A stretch of DNA of 32,000 nt from Phycisphaera mikurensis NBRC 102666 (GCF_000284115.1 NC_017080.1:690001-722000), one strand, 5' to 3'. Counted from the first letter of the stretch, positions 1 to 8,420 are shown. The notes: generated by a model from the sequence alone, not told the origin. Translations and numbers: made by a program.

Positions 1-723
1 TCCCCTCCCGCCCCGTCCACCCGCGCGGGCTTTACCCTGATCGAGCTGCTGGTGGTGATCTCGATCATCGCCCTTCTGATCGGCATCCTGCTGCCGGCGC
101 TGGGCGCCGCGCGCAACACGGCCCGCTTGTCGGCGTGCCTGAGCAACCAGCGGCAGATCTCGATCGCCTACGCCGTCTACGCGGCCGACTTCAAGGAGAC
201 CTGGCCGCTCGCCTTCGGCCTGGGCACCTTCTTCAGCTCGCCGCCGATGCCCTTCATGTCGTGGAACGAGACGCACCTGTGGCCGCAGATGCAGGGCCGC
301 GAGCAGCCGTGGAACTTCGACAACGTCGTGAGCTCGGTCTTCGTCTGTCCCGAGTACGAGAAGTCCAGCGTCGCCCAGCCGCACGACATCTCCTTCGGCA
401 TGAACCAGATGCTGCCGTCCGTGGGCTCGACCGGCCCCAGCGGCCCGGTGCCCTTCTACTGGGACTATAAGAAGCCCGAGCAGATCAAAGACGCGACGGG
501 CGCGATGGTGGTGATCGACAACAACGGCTCGGCGATCTCCGGCCAGGCGGCGCAGATGCAGACGCTCAAGGAGGTCTCGGACCGGCACATGAACGCCGTG
601 ACGATGCAGTTCGCCGACGGGCACGCGGAGTCGCGGAAGTTCGAGGAGATCCCCCCGAACCTCGAGGCCGACGGAGCCACCAGCGCCGGTCACGCCGAGG
701 ACACCTTCTGGCGTGGCGACTGA
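1..723 (+). CDS. Prepilin-type N-terminal cleavage/methylation (pseudopilin) protein with H-X9-DG motif; 5' end outside window
   Basis: Open frame from base 1 reads [38 protein letters not shown]; C-terminal [12 protein letters not shown] = H-X9-DG. The ORF track starts at an internal GTG (52). Confidence 0.9.
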   Translation, partial: SPPAPSTRAGFTLIELLVVISIIALLIGILLPALGAARNTARLSACLSNQRQISIAYAVYAADFKETWPLAFGLGTFFSSPPMPFMSWNETHLWPQMQGREQPWNFDNVVSSVFVCPEYEKSSVAQPHDISFGMNQMLPSVGSTGPSGPVPFYWDYKKPEQIKDATGAMVVIDNNGSAISGQAAQMQTLKEVSDRHMNAVTMQFADGHAESRKFEEIPPNLEADGATSAGHAEDTFWRGD

Positions 724-857
724 ACGCCGCCGTGGCCGCGCCGGCGCGCGGCCCGGAGCTCGCCCTGCGGGAGCCAACCCTCCCGCGCGGCCTTCAAACC
801 CGGCGGAGCGTTCCGTCGACACCTCACACGCCGCATCCTGCGGCAGAAACGGATTGG

Positions 858-1682
858 ATGAAAATGATGAGCACGACCCCCTCTTGCCGTCTCCCACGGG
901 TCGCCGCGGCCGCGATCGCAGCGGCCGGCGTCGCCTCCAGCGCCTCCGCGGCCTCCTTCAACGACACCTTCGACAGCGCGGGCGACATCGCCAGCAACTA
1001 CACCGGCTTCGAGCTGACCAGCTCCGAGACGGCGGCCGGTGTCGACAGCAACACCTACAGCAGCGGCAGCAGCTTCGCGCTGGACCCCGTGGACGGCCAG
1101 GTGGACTTCACGGTGACGATCCCCAGCGGGTTCAACCTGAACATCCTCCAACGCAGCGTCGACGCGGCGAACCTCTACGACATCAACCAGGGCATGAGCC
1201 TGACGATGAACGCCAGCGGCCTCGATCCCACGTTCTTCGACGCGATCCGCAACCCGGCCACCTTCGGGACCTCCGGCGGCACGCTCAACGCGGACATCAC
1301 CGTCTCGGTGCAGAACATCGACTTCGGCCAGTACCGCCTCGGGGTGCAGGTGGGCGGCGTCGATCTGCCCGGCGGCGGCCAGCAGAACTACGCCGGTTCG
1401 CCGGACGGGGTGAACTTCACGCTGAACATCGACAACGACAGCTACAGCGTGCTGGCCGACGGCGCCGAGCTGATCGCCGACACGGCCCACGGCATCGTCT
1501 TCAGCTCGCTGGAGGGCGTGACGCCCACGGTCGGCGCCCAGAACGTCTTCGCGGGCGGGGGCAACACGTCGCTGTCCATCAACAGCTTCGCGGGGACCGG
1601 CGTCGCCGTGCCCGAGCCCGCCACCGCCACGCTCGCCGCCGCCGGCCTGGGCCTGCTGACGCTCCGCCGCCGCGGACGGTGA
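858..1682 (+). CDS. PEP-CTERM sorting-domain secreted protein
   Basis: Starts MKMMSTTPSCRLPRVAAAAIAAAGVASSASAA (signal peptide); ends VPEPATATLAAAGLGLLTLRRRGR (PEP-CTERM tripartite tail). Confidence 0.88.
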   Translation: MKMMSTTPSCRLPRVAAAAIAAAGVASSASAASFNDTFDSAGDIASNYTGFELTSSETAAGVDSNTYSSGSSFALDPVDGQVDFTVTIPSGFNLNILQRSVDAANLYDINQGMSLTMNASGLDPTFFDAIRNPATFGTSGGTLNADITVSVQNIDFGQYRLGVQVGGVDLPGGGQQNYAGSPDGVNFTLNIDNDSYSVLADGAELIADTAHGIVFSSLEGVTPTVGAQNVFAGGGNTSLSINSFAGTGVAVPEPATATLAAAGLGLLTLRRRGR

Positions 1683-1780
1683 GCTCCGACGCCGAGATGC
1701 ACCCCCGATCCGCGGGCGGCCCACCGGCCTCCCGCGGCCTTTTGAGTCCGCGTCCCACTCCTTCCCTTCAGGATCACTCG

Positions 1781-3379
1781 ATGCCCTCCACCCTCCTGCT
1801 CGCCGGCGGCGGCCTGCTCGCGCTCACCTCCACGCTGCTCGCCGCCGGTGCCGCCTCCGCCGCGCCCATGTCCGGCGTGACCGTCGGCTTCGGCGAAGCG
1901 GTGCCCGTGAACCGCGGCGCCTTCGGCCTCAACAACAACAACGCGGCCGCGGACGCCCGCACCAACGGCGACGCGTACCCCGCGCTCATCAAGGCCTTGG
2001 GCGCGACCTCGTCGCGGTACCTCGGCGGATCCTCTTCGTCCTTCTGGGACTGGCGGACCGGCAAGTACATCCCCGCCGACGAGATCACGGCCATCTGGCC
2101 CGAGCACCACGGCAACTGGATGCTCCCGCTGGTGGCCGACGTCGCGCGGCTGCCCGACGGCACGCTCGGGCCCGACAACTATGCGGCCTTCGCGGAGAAG
2201 GCCGGCGTGGACGTGCAGTGGATGACCAACTTCACCACGCGCGAGGACGACCAGGCGGACATGGTCCGCCACCTCCACGACGAGGGCATCCCGGTGAAGT
2301 ACCTCGAGCTCGACAACGAGACCTATTTCTGGGGCGCGGAGTTCGGCGGCGGGGAAGACCGCTCGCGGAAGTACATCGAGCGGGTGAAGGACTTCACGCC
2401 GCTGCTCCGCGAGCTCTACCCCGACGCCCGCGTCGGCGTCGTCGCCAGCGAGAACGGCGTCTTCGCCGACGAGATGCACGAGAAGGAGGACGCCCACACG
2501 CTGTGGAACGGCGTGATCACCCGGCCGGCGTACCGTGACCTGTACGACGCCTTCATCCTGCACCACTACGTGATGAATCAGGGCACGCTCGACGGCGTCG
2601 CCGACGGCAACGTGTCCGACGCCACGCTCGGGCCGGCCTTCCTCACCTGCCCCGAGGTCACGCTCGGGCACGCCATCGACGTGCTGGCGGAGGAGCACGG
2701 CGGCATCCCGATGTGGATCACCGAGTTCAACGTCATCGGCTACTACCGCATCGGCAACCCCGACGACGAGAAGCCCGACACCGGCGTCACCGACGCGGAC
2801 GCCTGGATCGCCCGCACCGCCCACACGCCCTGGAACGCGATCTACCAGGCGGGCTTCTGGCTGATGGCGCTGCAGCACCCCGAGGCGATCGAGATCCTTA
2901 ACCACCACAGCGTCACCAACGTCGACCTCGGCTGGGGCCTGGGCCTGCCGGTGAGCACCGAGGAGGCGGACCTCACCGCCACCGGCCAGCTCTTCGCGCA
3001 CCTGTCTCACCTGGCGGTCGGGGCCGACGGCGTGATGCCGCTGACCTTCGAGGGGAACCCGGACCTGGGTTCCGCTTTCGGCGGGGAAGAAGCGGGCGCC
3101 CTGCAGGGCGTCGCCGTCGAGCGGGACGGGAAGAAGCACCTCATCGTCATCAACCGCGGCGCGGACCCGGTTTCGATCGCGATGCCTGGCGGCGGGGCGG
3201 CGGAGCGGATCAGCTACCGCACCGACCGCGAGAACCCGCGGACGAGCCGGGTGAAGCTTGCGGGCGAGACGCCGGTGTGGCGGCAGGGGCCGATGGAGCC
3301 CGAGACGGTCGCCGTCGGGGCCGGCGGCCGGGTGGAGCTGCCGGCGTTCTCGCTGTCGGTGCTGATGAGCGGCCGGTGA
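1781..3379 (+). CDS. Secreted glycoside hydrolase-like protein (GH-A/TIM-barrel; GH39/51/79-type arabinofuranosidase-like)
   Basis: Starts MPSTLLLAGGG with signal peptide; motifs SSRYLGGSSSSFWDW, LELDNETYFWG and WITEFNVI resemble clan GH-A acid/base and nucleophile contexts. Family inferred by eye. Confidence 0.6.
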   Translation: MPSTLLLAGGGLLALTSTLLAAGAASAAPMSGVTVGFGEAVPVNRGAFGLNNNNAAADARTNGDAYPALIKALGATSSRYLGGSSSSFWDWRTGKYIPADEITAIWPEHHGNWMLPLVADVARLPDGTLGPDNYAAFAEKAGVDVQWMTNFTTREDDQADMVRHLHDEGIPVKYLELDNETYFWGAEFGGGEDRSRKYIERVKDFTPLLRELYPDARVGVVASENGVFADEMHEKEDAHTLWNGVITRPAYRDLYDAFILHHYVMNQGTLDGVADGNVSDATLGPAFLTCPEVTLGHAIDVLAEEHGGIPMWITEFNVIGYYRIGNPDDEKPDTGVTDADAWIARTAHTPWNAIYQAGFWLMALQHPEAIEILNHHSVTNVDLGWGLGLPVSTEEADLTATGQLFAHLSHLAVGADGVMPLTFEGNPDLGSAFGGEEAGALQGVAVERDGKKHLIVINRGADPVSIAMPGGGAAERISYRTDRENPRTSRVKLAGETPVWRQGPMEPETVAVGAGGRVELPAFSLSVLMSGR

Positions 3380-3487
3380 CGGGAGGGCCCGGCGGGGCCA
3401 CGAGGCGGGGCCGTGGCGGCAGCGAGTGCGAACGCGGGATCACGCGGCGGCCACACGCACGCTGCGGGTTGCCGTCGCGCCGGGAGA

Positions 3488-3538
3488 AATTGTTAACAAT
3501 TCTGCCGGCTCGGGAGCCGGCTTCAAATTGTTTGCAAT
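3488..3538. promoter_or_regulatory. Paired palindromic operator-like boxes flanking a perfect GC hairpin
   Basis: AATTGTTAACAATT (3488-3501, perfect palindrome), GCCGGCTC-GG-GAGCCGGC (3504-3521), ATTGTTTGCAAT (3527-3538). AT-rich islands upstream of the 3648 gene. Confidence 0.6.
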
Positions 3539-3647
3539 CTTGAGCCGCCGGAGCTAACGTACTTAAGCCTCCGCGCCGTCTAGCTGAACCTCAGCTCGGT
3601 CAGGAGCACTCGTCACCCGTGCCGTTCGCACTTTTCGGAGAACCTTC

Positions 3648-4379
3648 ATGAAGATTTCGACCACCCCTCTCGCCGCCGGCCTCGTCGCCTCCCTCGTTGC
3701 CCCGTCGGCGCTCGCCGTCACCTTCGACTTCACCGCGGCCGAGGGCTTCAGCGACGGCGCTCTGGCCGGGCAGAACGGCTTCGCGTCGCAGGCTGGCTAC
3801 CAGGTCGACTCCACCGGCACCGGCGTCGTCTCGGGCGTCACCAACGGCTTCGAGCGTTTCCTCGTCGGCGAGGACGCGATCGTCCTCGACGCGACCACCG
3901 ACTCCGTGGCGCTCGGGATCACCGGCTTCTCGATGAACCGTCCCGCGGCCGACGCCCCGGGCGGAACCTTCGGCCTGTCGAACGACTTCAACATCGCCTC
4001 GTCCGGGACCGACATCGGCATCCAGCTGCGCTACAACGCGAACGGCGATCTCCTCCTCGACGAGGTCGGCTTCGGCGACTCCGGCAGCTCGATCGACACC
4101 GGCTTCAACCTCGGCGACGTCTTCGACATCGACCTGAACGTCGTCGTCTCCGGCACCGATGCCGTCACGACCGCGACCATCGGCAGCGCCACGGCGAGCT
4201 ACACGAAGGCCATCGGTGCCGACACGTCCTTCGCGCTGATCTACCAGTCGCAGGGTCCGTCGGCCGGCACCGCAACCTTCGACTCGGTGAGCTACACCGT
4301 GACGCCGGTGCCGGAGCCCGCCTCCGCCGCCCTGGTCGGCCTCGGTGCTCTCGCTCTGCTCGGCCGTCGCCGCGGCTGA
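3648..4379 (+). CDS. PEP-CTERM sorting-domain secreted protein
   Basis: MKISTTPLAAGLVASLVAPSALA signal peptide; C-terminal VPEPASAALVGLGALALLGRRRG; SD-like GGAG 7 nt upstream. Confidence 0.88.
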   Translation: MKISTTPLAAGLVASLVAPSALAVTFDFTAAEGFSDGALAGQNGFASQAGYQVDSTGTGVVSGVTNGFERFLVGEDAIVLDATTDSVALGITGFSMNRPAADAPGGTFGLSNDFNIASSGTDIGIQLRYNANGDLLLDEVGFGDSGSSIDTGFNLGDVFDIDLNVVVSGTDAVTTATIGSATASYTKAIGADTSFALIYQSQGPSAGTATFDSVSYTVTPVPEPASAALVGLGALALLGRRRG

Positions 4380-4399
4380 AGCCGAGCCTGAACCAGAAC

Positions 4400-4442
4400 G
4401 CGGCGGGAGCTTCTCCAGGGGCTCCCGCCGCTTTCGTGCGCG
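4400..4442 (+). terminator. Intrinsic terminator of the 3648 PEP-CTERM gene
   Basis: Perfect 11-bp stem GCGGCGGGAGC / GCTCCCGCCGC (4400-4410/4421-4431) followed by TTTCGTGCGCG. Confidence 0.75.
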
Positions 4443-4486
4443 CCCAAGGGCTCGAGGTGTCGAGGAAGCGGGCTCGGCCTCAGCCC

Positions 4487-4673
4487 CTCAAGAATCTCTT
4501 GGGTTGAACCGGACGCTCGTCACTGCCGGTGCCACGCCGCTTGCGGGGTGGCGGTCGCCGGAGGCGACGCCAGGAGAGGCCCCGAGCCGCCGCGTGTCCT
4601 GCGGACATCCCACCCCGCAAGCGGCGTGGTGCCCGGGCATCGGCCGGTTGCGGGAGATGGGTCGACGCTTGAG
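4487..4673. repeat. Long nested inverted repeat in convergent intergenic region
   Basis: Perfect 19-bp arms CCACGCCGCTTGCGGGGTG (4532-4550) and CACCCCGCAAGCGGCGTGG (4611-4629). Outer paired words AACCGG/CCGGTT (4507/4644) and CTCAAG/CTTGAG (4487/4668). Two inner mini-hairpins. Confidence 0.7.
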
Positions 4674-4774
4674 CCCTCCAGGGGTTGGAGGAACCGACGT
4701 GCGGAGGCACTGCCCACCCCCGAGCGGGATGGGCACCCCGCGAGCGAACGACCAAGGAGGTCCATGCACGCGTG

Positions 4775-5830
4775 TCAGGCCAGCCGCGCGTCGCCCGCGG
4801 GGAAGGTCACCTCCAGCCAAGCCGCGTCCGCCGTGACCTCCAAGTGGCCGTCGCCCATGGCCGCGGGCAGCAGCAGCGTGTCCCCGGCCCCGCAGGCGAC
4901 CGACTCGCCGCCGCCGGCGAGGGTGAGCGAGCCGGAGAGGACCATCCAGGCGACCGGCCCGGTGGAGCCGGCGCCGGCGGTGTCGGTGAAGCCGGCGGGG
5001 GCTTCGTGGCGGTCGATGCCGAAGTGCTCGCAGCGGACAAGGGCGATGCTCTTCGAGCCGCCAGGGCCATCGGTTTCGGTGCCGGGCTCGAAGCGGGAGG
5101 AGTCCGCCGGACCGAAGGTGCTGCACTCGATCGCCGCGTCGACGTGCAGCTCCCTGCCCTCGCGCCCCCAGTCGTACACGCGGAAGGTGGTGTCGCTGGG
5201 CGTCTGCACCTCGGCGACGAGGATGCCGCCGCCGAGGGCGTGGCACGTGCCCGAGGGCAGGTAGTGGCACTCGCCGGGAGAAACCTCGAAAGCCTCCAGC
5301 AGCGGGACGACGGCCTCGTCGGTGTTCTTCTCGAGCGCCGCCCGCAGGTCGTCGGGGGTCGTGCCGGCGGCGATGCCCTTGTAGATCTTCGCCCCGGGCT
5401 CGACGGCGACGATGTACCAGGCCTCGCTCTTGAGCTTGGCCTCGGGGTGCTCCGCCGCGTAGGCGGGCGAGGGGTGGACCTGCACGCTGAGGTTCGCGTT
5501 CGCGTCGAGGTACTTCAGCAGGATGGGGAAGCCGCCGTCGGGGCTCAGCGGGAGGTCGCGGAGCACGGCGTCCCGCGCCGCGTCGTCGGCGAGCACCGCG
5601 TGCAGCGTCCGCCCGGCGAGCGGCCCGTTGTCGATCGTGGAGAAGGCGGCGTCGCCGCCGCCGCCCGAGGCGGAGGTGGAGGCAAGGTCGACCAGCTCCC
5701 AGCTCTCGCCGATCGGGGCGTCGTCGGCGCCGGGCAGGTCGCGGCCGAGCTTCTGCTCCAGCGTCCGGCCGCCCCAGACCTTCTCCTTGTAGATCGGCCG
5801 GAGCTTCAGCGGGTAGGCGGCGGTGCTCAT
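4775..5830 (-). CDS. manA: Mannose-6-phosphate isomerase, class I
   Basis: MSTAAYPLKLRPIYKEKVWGGRTLEQKLG, LLKYLDANANLSVQVHPSPAYA and YLPSGTCHALGGGILVAEVQTPSDTTFRVYDWGR are type I PMI signatures. Confidence 0.92.
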   Translation of the reverse strand: MSTAAYPLKLRPIYKEKVWGGRTLEQKLGRDLPGADDAPIGESWELVDLASTSASGGGGDAAFSTIDNGPLAGRTLHAVLADDAARDAVLRDLPLSPDGGFPILLKYLDANANLSVQVHPSPAYAAEHPEAKLKSEAWYIVAVEPGAKIYKGIAAGTTPDDLRAALEKNTDEAVVPLLEAFEVSPGECHYLPSGTCHALGGGILVAEVQTPSDTTFRVYDWGREGRELHVDAAIECSTFGPADSSRFEPGTETDGPGGSKSIALVRCEHFGIDRHEAPAGFTDTAGAGSTGPVAWMVLSGSLTLAGGGESVACGAGDTLLLPAAMGDGHLEVTADAAWLEVTFPAGDARLA

Positions 5831-5836
5831 CGCCGG

Positions 5837-5842
5837 ATCGTA
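5837..5842 (-). promoter_or_regulatory. -10-like TACGAT, 6 nt before manA ATG (putative leaderless promoter)
   Basis: Minus strand reads TACGAT-CCGGCG-ATG. Confidence 0.5.
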
Positions 5843-5844
5843 AT

Positions 5845-5890
5845 CCGCGGACCGCGACGCCAGCGGGCGCGCGAGGCCGACGGTCCGCGG
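5845..5890. repeat. Inverted-repeat element copy E1
   Basis: CCGCGGACCG (5845-5854) - 26 nt - CGGTCCGCGG (5881-5890). Confidence 0.85.
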
Positions 5891-5895
5891 CTCGC

Positions 5896-6966
5896 TCACC
5901 TCCCGCGGGCGGCGGCCCGCAGGACGCCCAGCAGGCGGTCGACGTGGGCGTCCATGGTCGCGCCCGCGGCGGCCGCGGCGGTGGCTTCCCTGGCCGCGGT
6001 CAAGGCGGCGGGTTCGCAGAAGCCCAGCATCGCCGAGGAGAGCGCAGCGGCGTCCCCGGCGTGGTCGAGGATGCGTCCCGCCGCCGATCCCTCGATCAGG
6101 TCGCACGCCCCGTTGGTGCGGGTGGTGATCACCGGCAGGCCGGCGTGCAACGCCTCGGCGACGACCTTGGAGGCGGGGTCGTAGCGGCTCGGCAGGACGA
6201 GCACGTCGGCCGCGGCGAGGGCGGCGGGCATGTCGTCGGTGGGGCCCGCGGCGGTGATCGCGTCGCCGCGGACCGCGGGCGAGAGAGCGACCAAACGGGC
6301 ACGGTCCGCGGATCCGACCACGCGGGGCCAGGCGCGGGCGAGCGCCGGCCAGCCCTTGCGGCGGAGGTCCGCCGACGGGAAGAGGAAGACGATCGCGTCT
6401 TGCGCGACGCCCCACGCGGCCCGCTGCCGGGCCCGCGTCCTCCGCGCCGGGGGCGGAACCCGCGGCGCCCCGTTCGCGATCACCGGCACCTCCGCCTCCG
6501 GCCGCCCCGTGTGCCGGACGATCTGCCGCTGCATGAAGCGGCTGATCGCCACCCACGTCCTCACCGACGGGTCGCGGAGCGTTGCGGCTTCCGCCGCCCA
6601 CATCGCCCGCCGCTTCCGCTGGAAGATCCCCGGCCGGTCGGTCGCCCACATCTCGCGGTAGATCCCCGCCCGCGGCTCGACCACGGCCGCGGGGCAGAGC
6701 GTCGTGACCGAGAGGCTGGTGTCGAAGGCGCCGACAAGCCGCCGGTCGGCCACGAAGCGGCGGTACCGGCGGACGTCGCGGGCGGACCGCATCCGTCGCT
6801 CGCCCGCCGCCTCGGTCTTCACGCCGTCGATCGCCCGGCCGGCCGGCGCGAAGCCGGTCAGCAGCGTGACGGCGCAGCCGCGGTCGCGGAGGCCCTCGCA
6901 GATCTGGCGGGTGGAGCTCTCGGCGCCCCCGTCGCCGAAGCTCTCGATCGTGACGGCGACCCTCAC
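5896..6966 (-). CDS. Glycosyltransferase family 4 protein
   Basis: MRVAVTIESFGDGGAESSTRQICEGLRDRG at N-terminus; LVLPSRYDPASKVVAEALHAGLPVITTRTNGACDLI is a GT4 donor-site motif. GTG start overlaps the upstream stop. Confidence 0.85.
   Translation of the reverse strand: MRVAVTIESFGDGGAESSTRQICEGLRDRGCAVTLLTGFAPAGRAIDGVKTEAAGERRMRSARDVRRYRRFVADRRLVGAFDTSLSVTTLCPAAVVEPRAGIYREMWATDRPGIFQRKRRAMWAAEAATLRDPSVRTWVAISRFMQRQIVRHTGRPEAEVPVIANGAPRVPPPARRTRARQRAAWGVAQDAIVFLFPSADLRRKGWPALARAWPRVVGSADRARLVALSPAVRGDAITAAGPTDDMPAALAAADVLVLPSRYDPASKVVAEALHAGLPVITTRTNGACDLIEGSAAGRILDHAGDAAALSSAMLGFCEPAALTAAREATAAAAAGATMDAHVDRLLGVLRAAARGR
6266..6311. repeat. Inverted-repeat element copy E8, inside GT4 coding sequence
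   Basis: CCGCGGACCG (6266-6275) - 26 nt - CGGTCCGCGG (6302-6311). Confidence 0.75.
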
Positions 6967-7994
6967 ACGCCGACCGCGGCGGGCTCGCGCTCCCGCGCCG
7001 GCTCGAGCAGGCCCGACGCGGCGTCGACCACCTCGTCGACGGTGATCCCGCTCATCTCGCCGCTCCGCGCGACCACCTGCGCCTCGCGGTCGAAGCCGAT
7101 GGTCGTCCAGCCCGGCGCGGTGGGGCCGAAGAGCGTGACCACGGGCGTGCCGCAGGCGGCGGCGAGGTGGCGCGGGCCCGTGTCGCCGGTGAGCAGCAGC
7201 GCGGCGTCGGCCATGACGGCCTTGCCCGCGGCCAGGCCCGTGCCCGCTGCGACGAGGTCGGTGGCGTCGCTCCGCATCGCCGCGACCACGGCCGCGGCTT
7301 CCGCGGCTTCGCCGGGCGCGCCGGTGACGGCGGCGGCGAGGCCGTGGCGCTCGGCGAGCGCGTCGGCCGCCGCGGCGAAACGCATCGGATCCCAGCGTTT
7401 CTCCGGCTTCGCCGCGCCGGGGTTGAGCACGAGGGTGCGGCCGGGGGGCAGGCCGAGCCCCGCCGCGGCCCGGCGGTCGGCGTCGGTGGCGGTCACCCGC
7501 ATCCGCGTGTCGGCCCCGGCCGCGCCGAGGTAGCGGGCCAGCTGCAGGTAGTACTCGACCGTGGGGACCGGCACGAACTTCCGCTTCTCCCGCCGCGGGA
7601 TCAGCCGGTCGGTGAGCAGCAGCCCCCGGCCATCCCGCTCGTAGCCGATCCGCCGCGGGATGCCCGCGAGGCGTGCGAGCATCGCCGAGCGGAGGCTGTT
7701 GGGCAGCAGCACGGCGGTGTCGAAGCCGCCCGCGTGCAGCCGGTGCCCGGCTTCGATCACGTGCGGGCCCTTGCCGCCGGCTTCCAGGGCGATGACCTCG
7801 TCGAGGTCGCCGTTGCCGTCGAGCAGCGGCACCAGGTCGGCCCGCACCGCGGCGGCGAGGTGCAGCCCGGGGAGGTGCTCGCGGAGCGCGTGCAGCGTGG
7901 GCGTGCCCATCAGCACGTCGCCGAACCAGGTGGGCATCAGCACCACCAGGCGCTTCGGCGGCGGCGGGGGCGGCGAGTCGGCGAGCAGGGACAT
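6963..7994 (-). CDS. ADP-heptose:LPS heptosyltransferase-like protein (GT9, WaaF-like)
   Basis: KRLVVLMPTWFGDVLMGTPTLHALREHLPG, LVLNPGAAKPEKRWDPMRFA and LLTGDTGPRHLAAACGTPVVTLFGPTAPGWT. Confidence 0.88.
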   Translation of the reverse strand: MSLLADSPPPPPPKRLVVLMPTWFGDVLMGTPTLHALREHLPGLHLAAAVRADLVPLLDGNGDLDEVIALEAGGKGPHVIEAGHRLHAGGFDTAVLLPNSLRSAMLARLAGIPRRIGYERDGRGLLLTDRLIPRREKRKFVPVPTVEYYLQLARYLGAAGADTRMRVTATDADRRAAAGLGLPPGRTLVLNPGAAKPEKRWDPMRFAAAADALAERHGLAAAVTGAPGEAAEAAAVVAAMRSDATDLVAAGTGLAAGKAVMADAALLLTGDTGPRHLAAACGTPVVTLFGPTAPGWTTIGFDREAQVVARSGEMSGITVDEVVDAASGLLEPAREREPAAVGV

Positions 7995-8001
7995 GGCGGC
8001 G

Positions 8002-8007
8002 AGCGTA
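8002..8007 (-). promoter_or_regulatory. -10-like TACGCT, 7 nt before GT9 ATG
   Basis: Minus strand TACGCT-CGCCGCC-ATG. Confidence 0.5.
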
Positions 8008-8010
8008 GAG

Positions 8011-8056
8011 CCGCGGACCGCCGCCGGTTCCCGGCCCGCCGGCCGGCGGTCCGCGG
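8011..8056. repeat. Inverted-repeat element copy E2 in divergent promoter
   Basis: CCGCGGACCG (8011-8020) - 26 nt - CGGTCCGCGG (8047-8056). Confidence 0.85.
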
Positions 8057-8060
8057 GTTC

Positions 8061-8066
8061 TACGGT
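8061..8066 (+). promoter_or_regulatory. -10-like TACGGT, 6 nt before ferredoxin GTG
   Basis: TACGGT-CACGCC-GTG. Confidence 0.5.
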
Positions 8067-8072
8067 CACGCC

Positions 8073-8348
8073 GTGCTCCCCCCGAGCCTCCAGCCTGGAA
8101 CCGTCACGCTCGCGGGCTCCGGCCAGCGCCTCGCGTGGAAGCCCGGCACCGCGACGATCCTGCAGCTCCTGCACGACGCCGGCGTCCCGCACCCCGCCGG
8201 CTGCCAGGAGGGCGACTGCGGGGCGTGCACGACGCCGCTGCTCGGCGGCCGCGTCGCCTACACCAGCTCGCCGAACGCGATGCACGACGACCACACGTGC
8301 CTGCCGTGCTGCTGCCGGCCGGTGGGCGACGTGGTGCTGGAGGCCTGA
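8073..8348 (+). CDS. 2Fe-2S ferredoxin-domain protein
   Basis: C-x4-C-x2-C cluster motif AGCQEGDCGACTTPLLGGRV with downstream HTCLPCCCRPVGDVVLEA. GTG start chosen. Confidence 0.8.
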   Translation: MLPPSLQPGTVTLAGSGQRLAWKPGTATILQLLHDAGVPHPAGCQEGDCGACTTPLLGGRVAYTSSPNAMHDDHTCLPCCCRPVGDVVLEA

Positions 8349-8409
8349 GCGGTTTGCGGTGGGCTGGTCCTTCGCCCGCTGGCGGGCGGCCCGCGCCGCC
8401 GGTGGCGTC

Positions 8410-8415
8410 TACGGT
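8410..8415 (+). promoter_or_regulatory. -10-like TACGGT, 5 nt before lipoprotein ATG
   Basis: TACGGT-CCGCC-ATG. Confidence 0.45.
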
Positions 8416-8420
8416 CCGCC

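Noticed and set aside
713-3379. 888-aa ORF taken as one protein
   Set aside because: The N-terminal part overlaps the PEP-CTERM gene in another frame and is low-complexity Arg/Gly. Signal peptide, SD and domain evidence place the start at ATG 1781.
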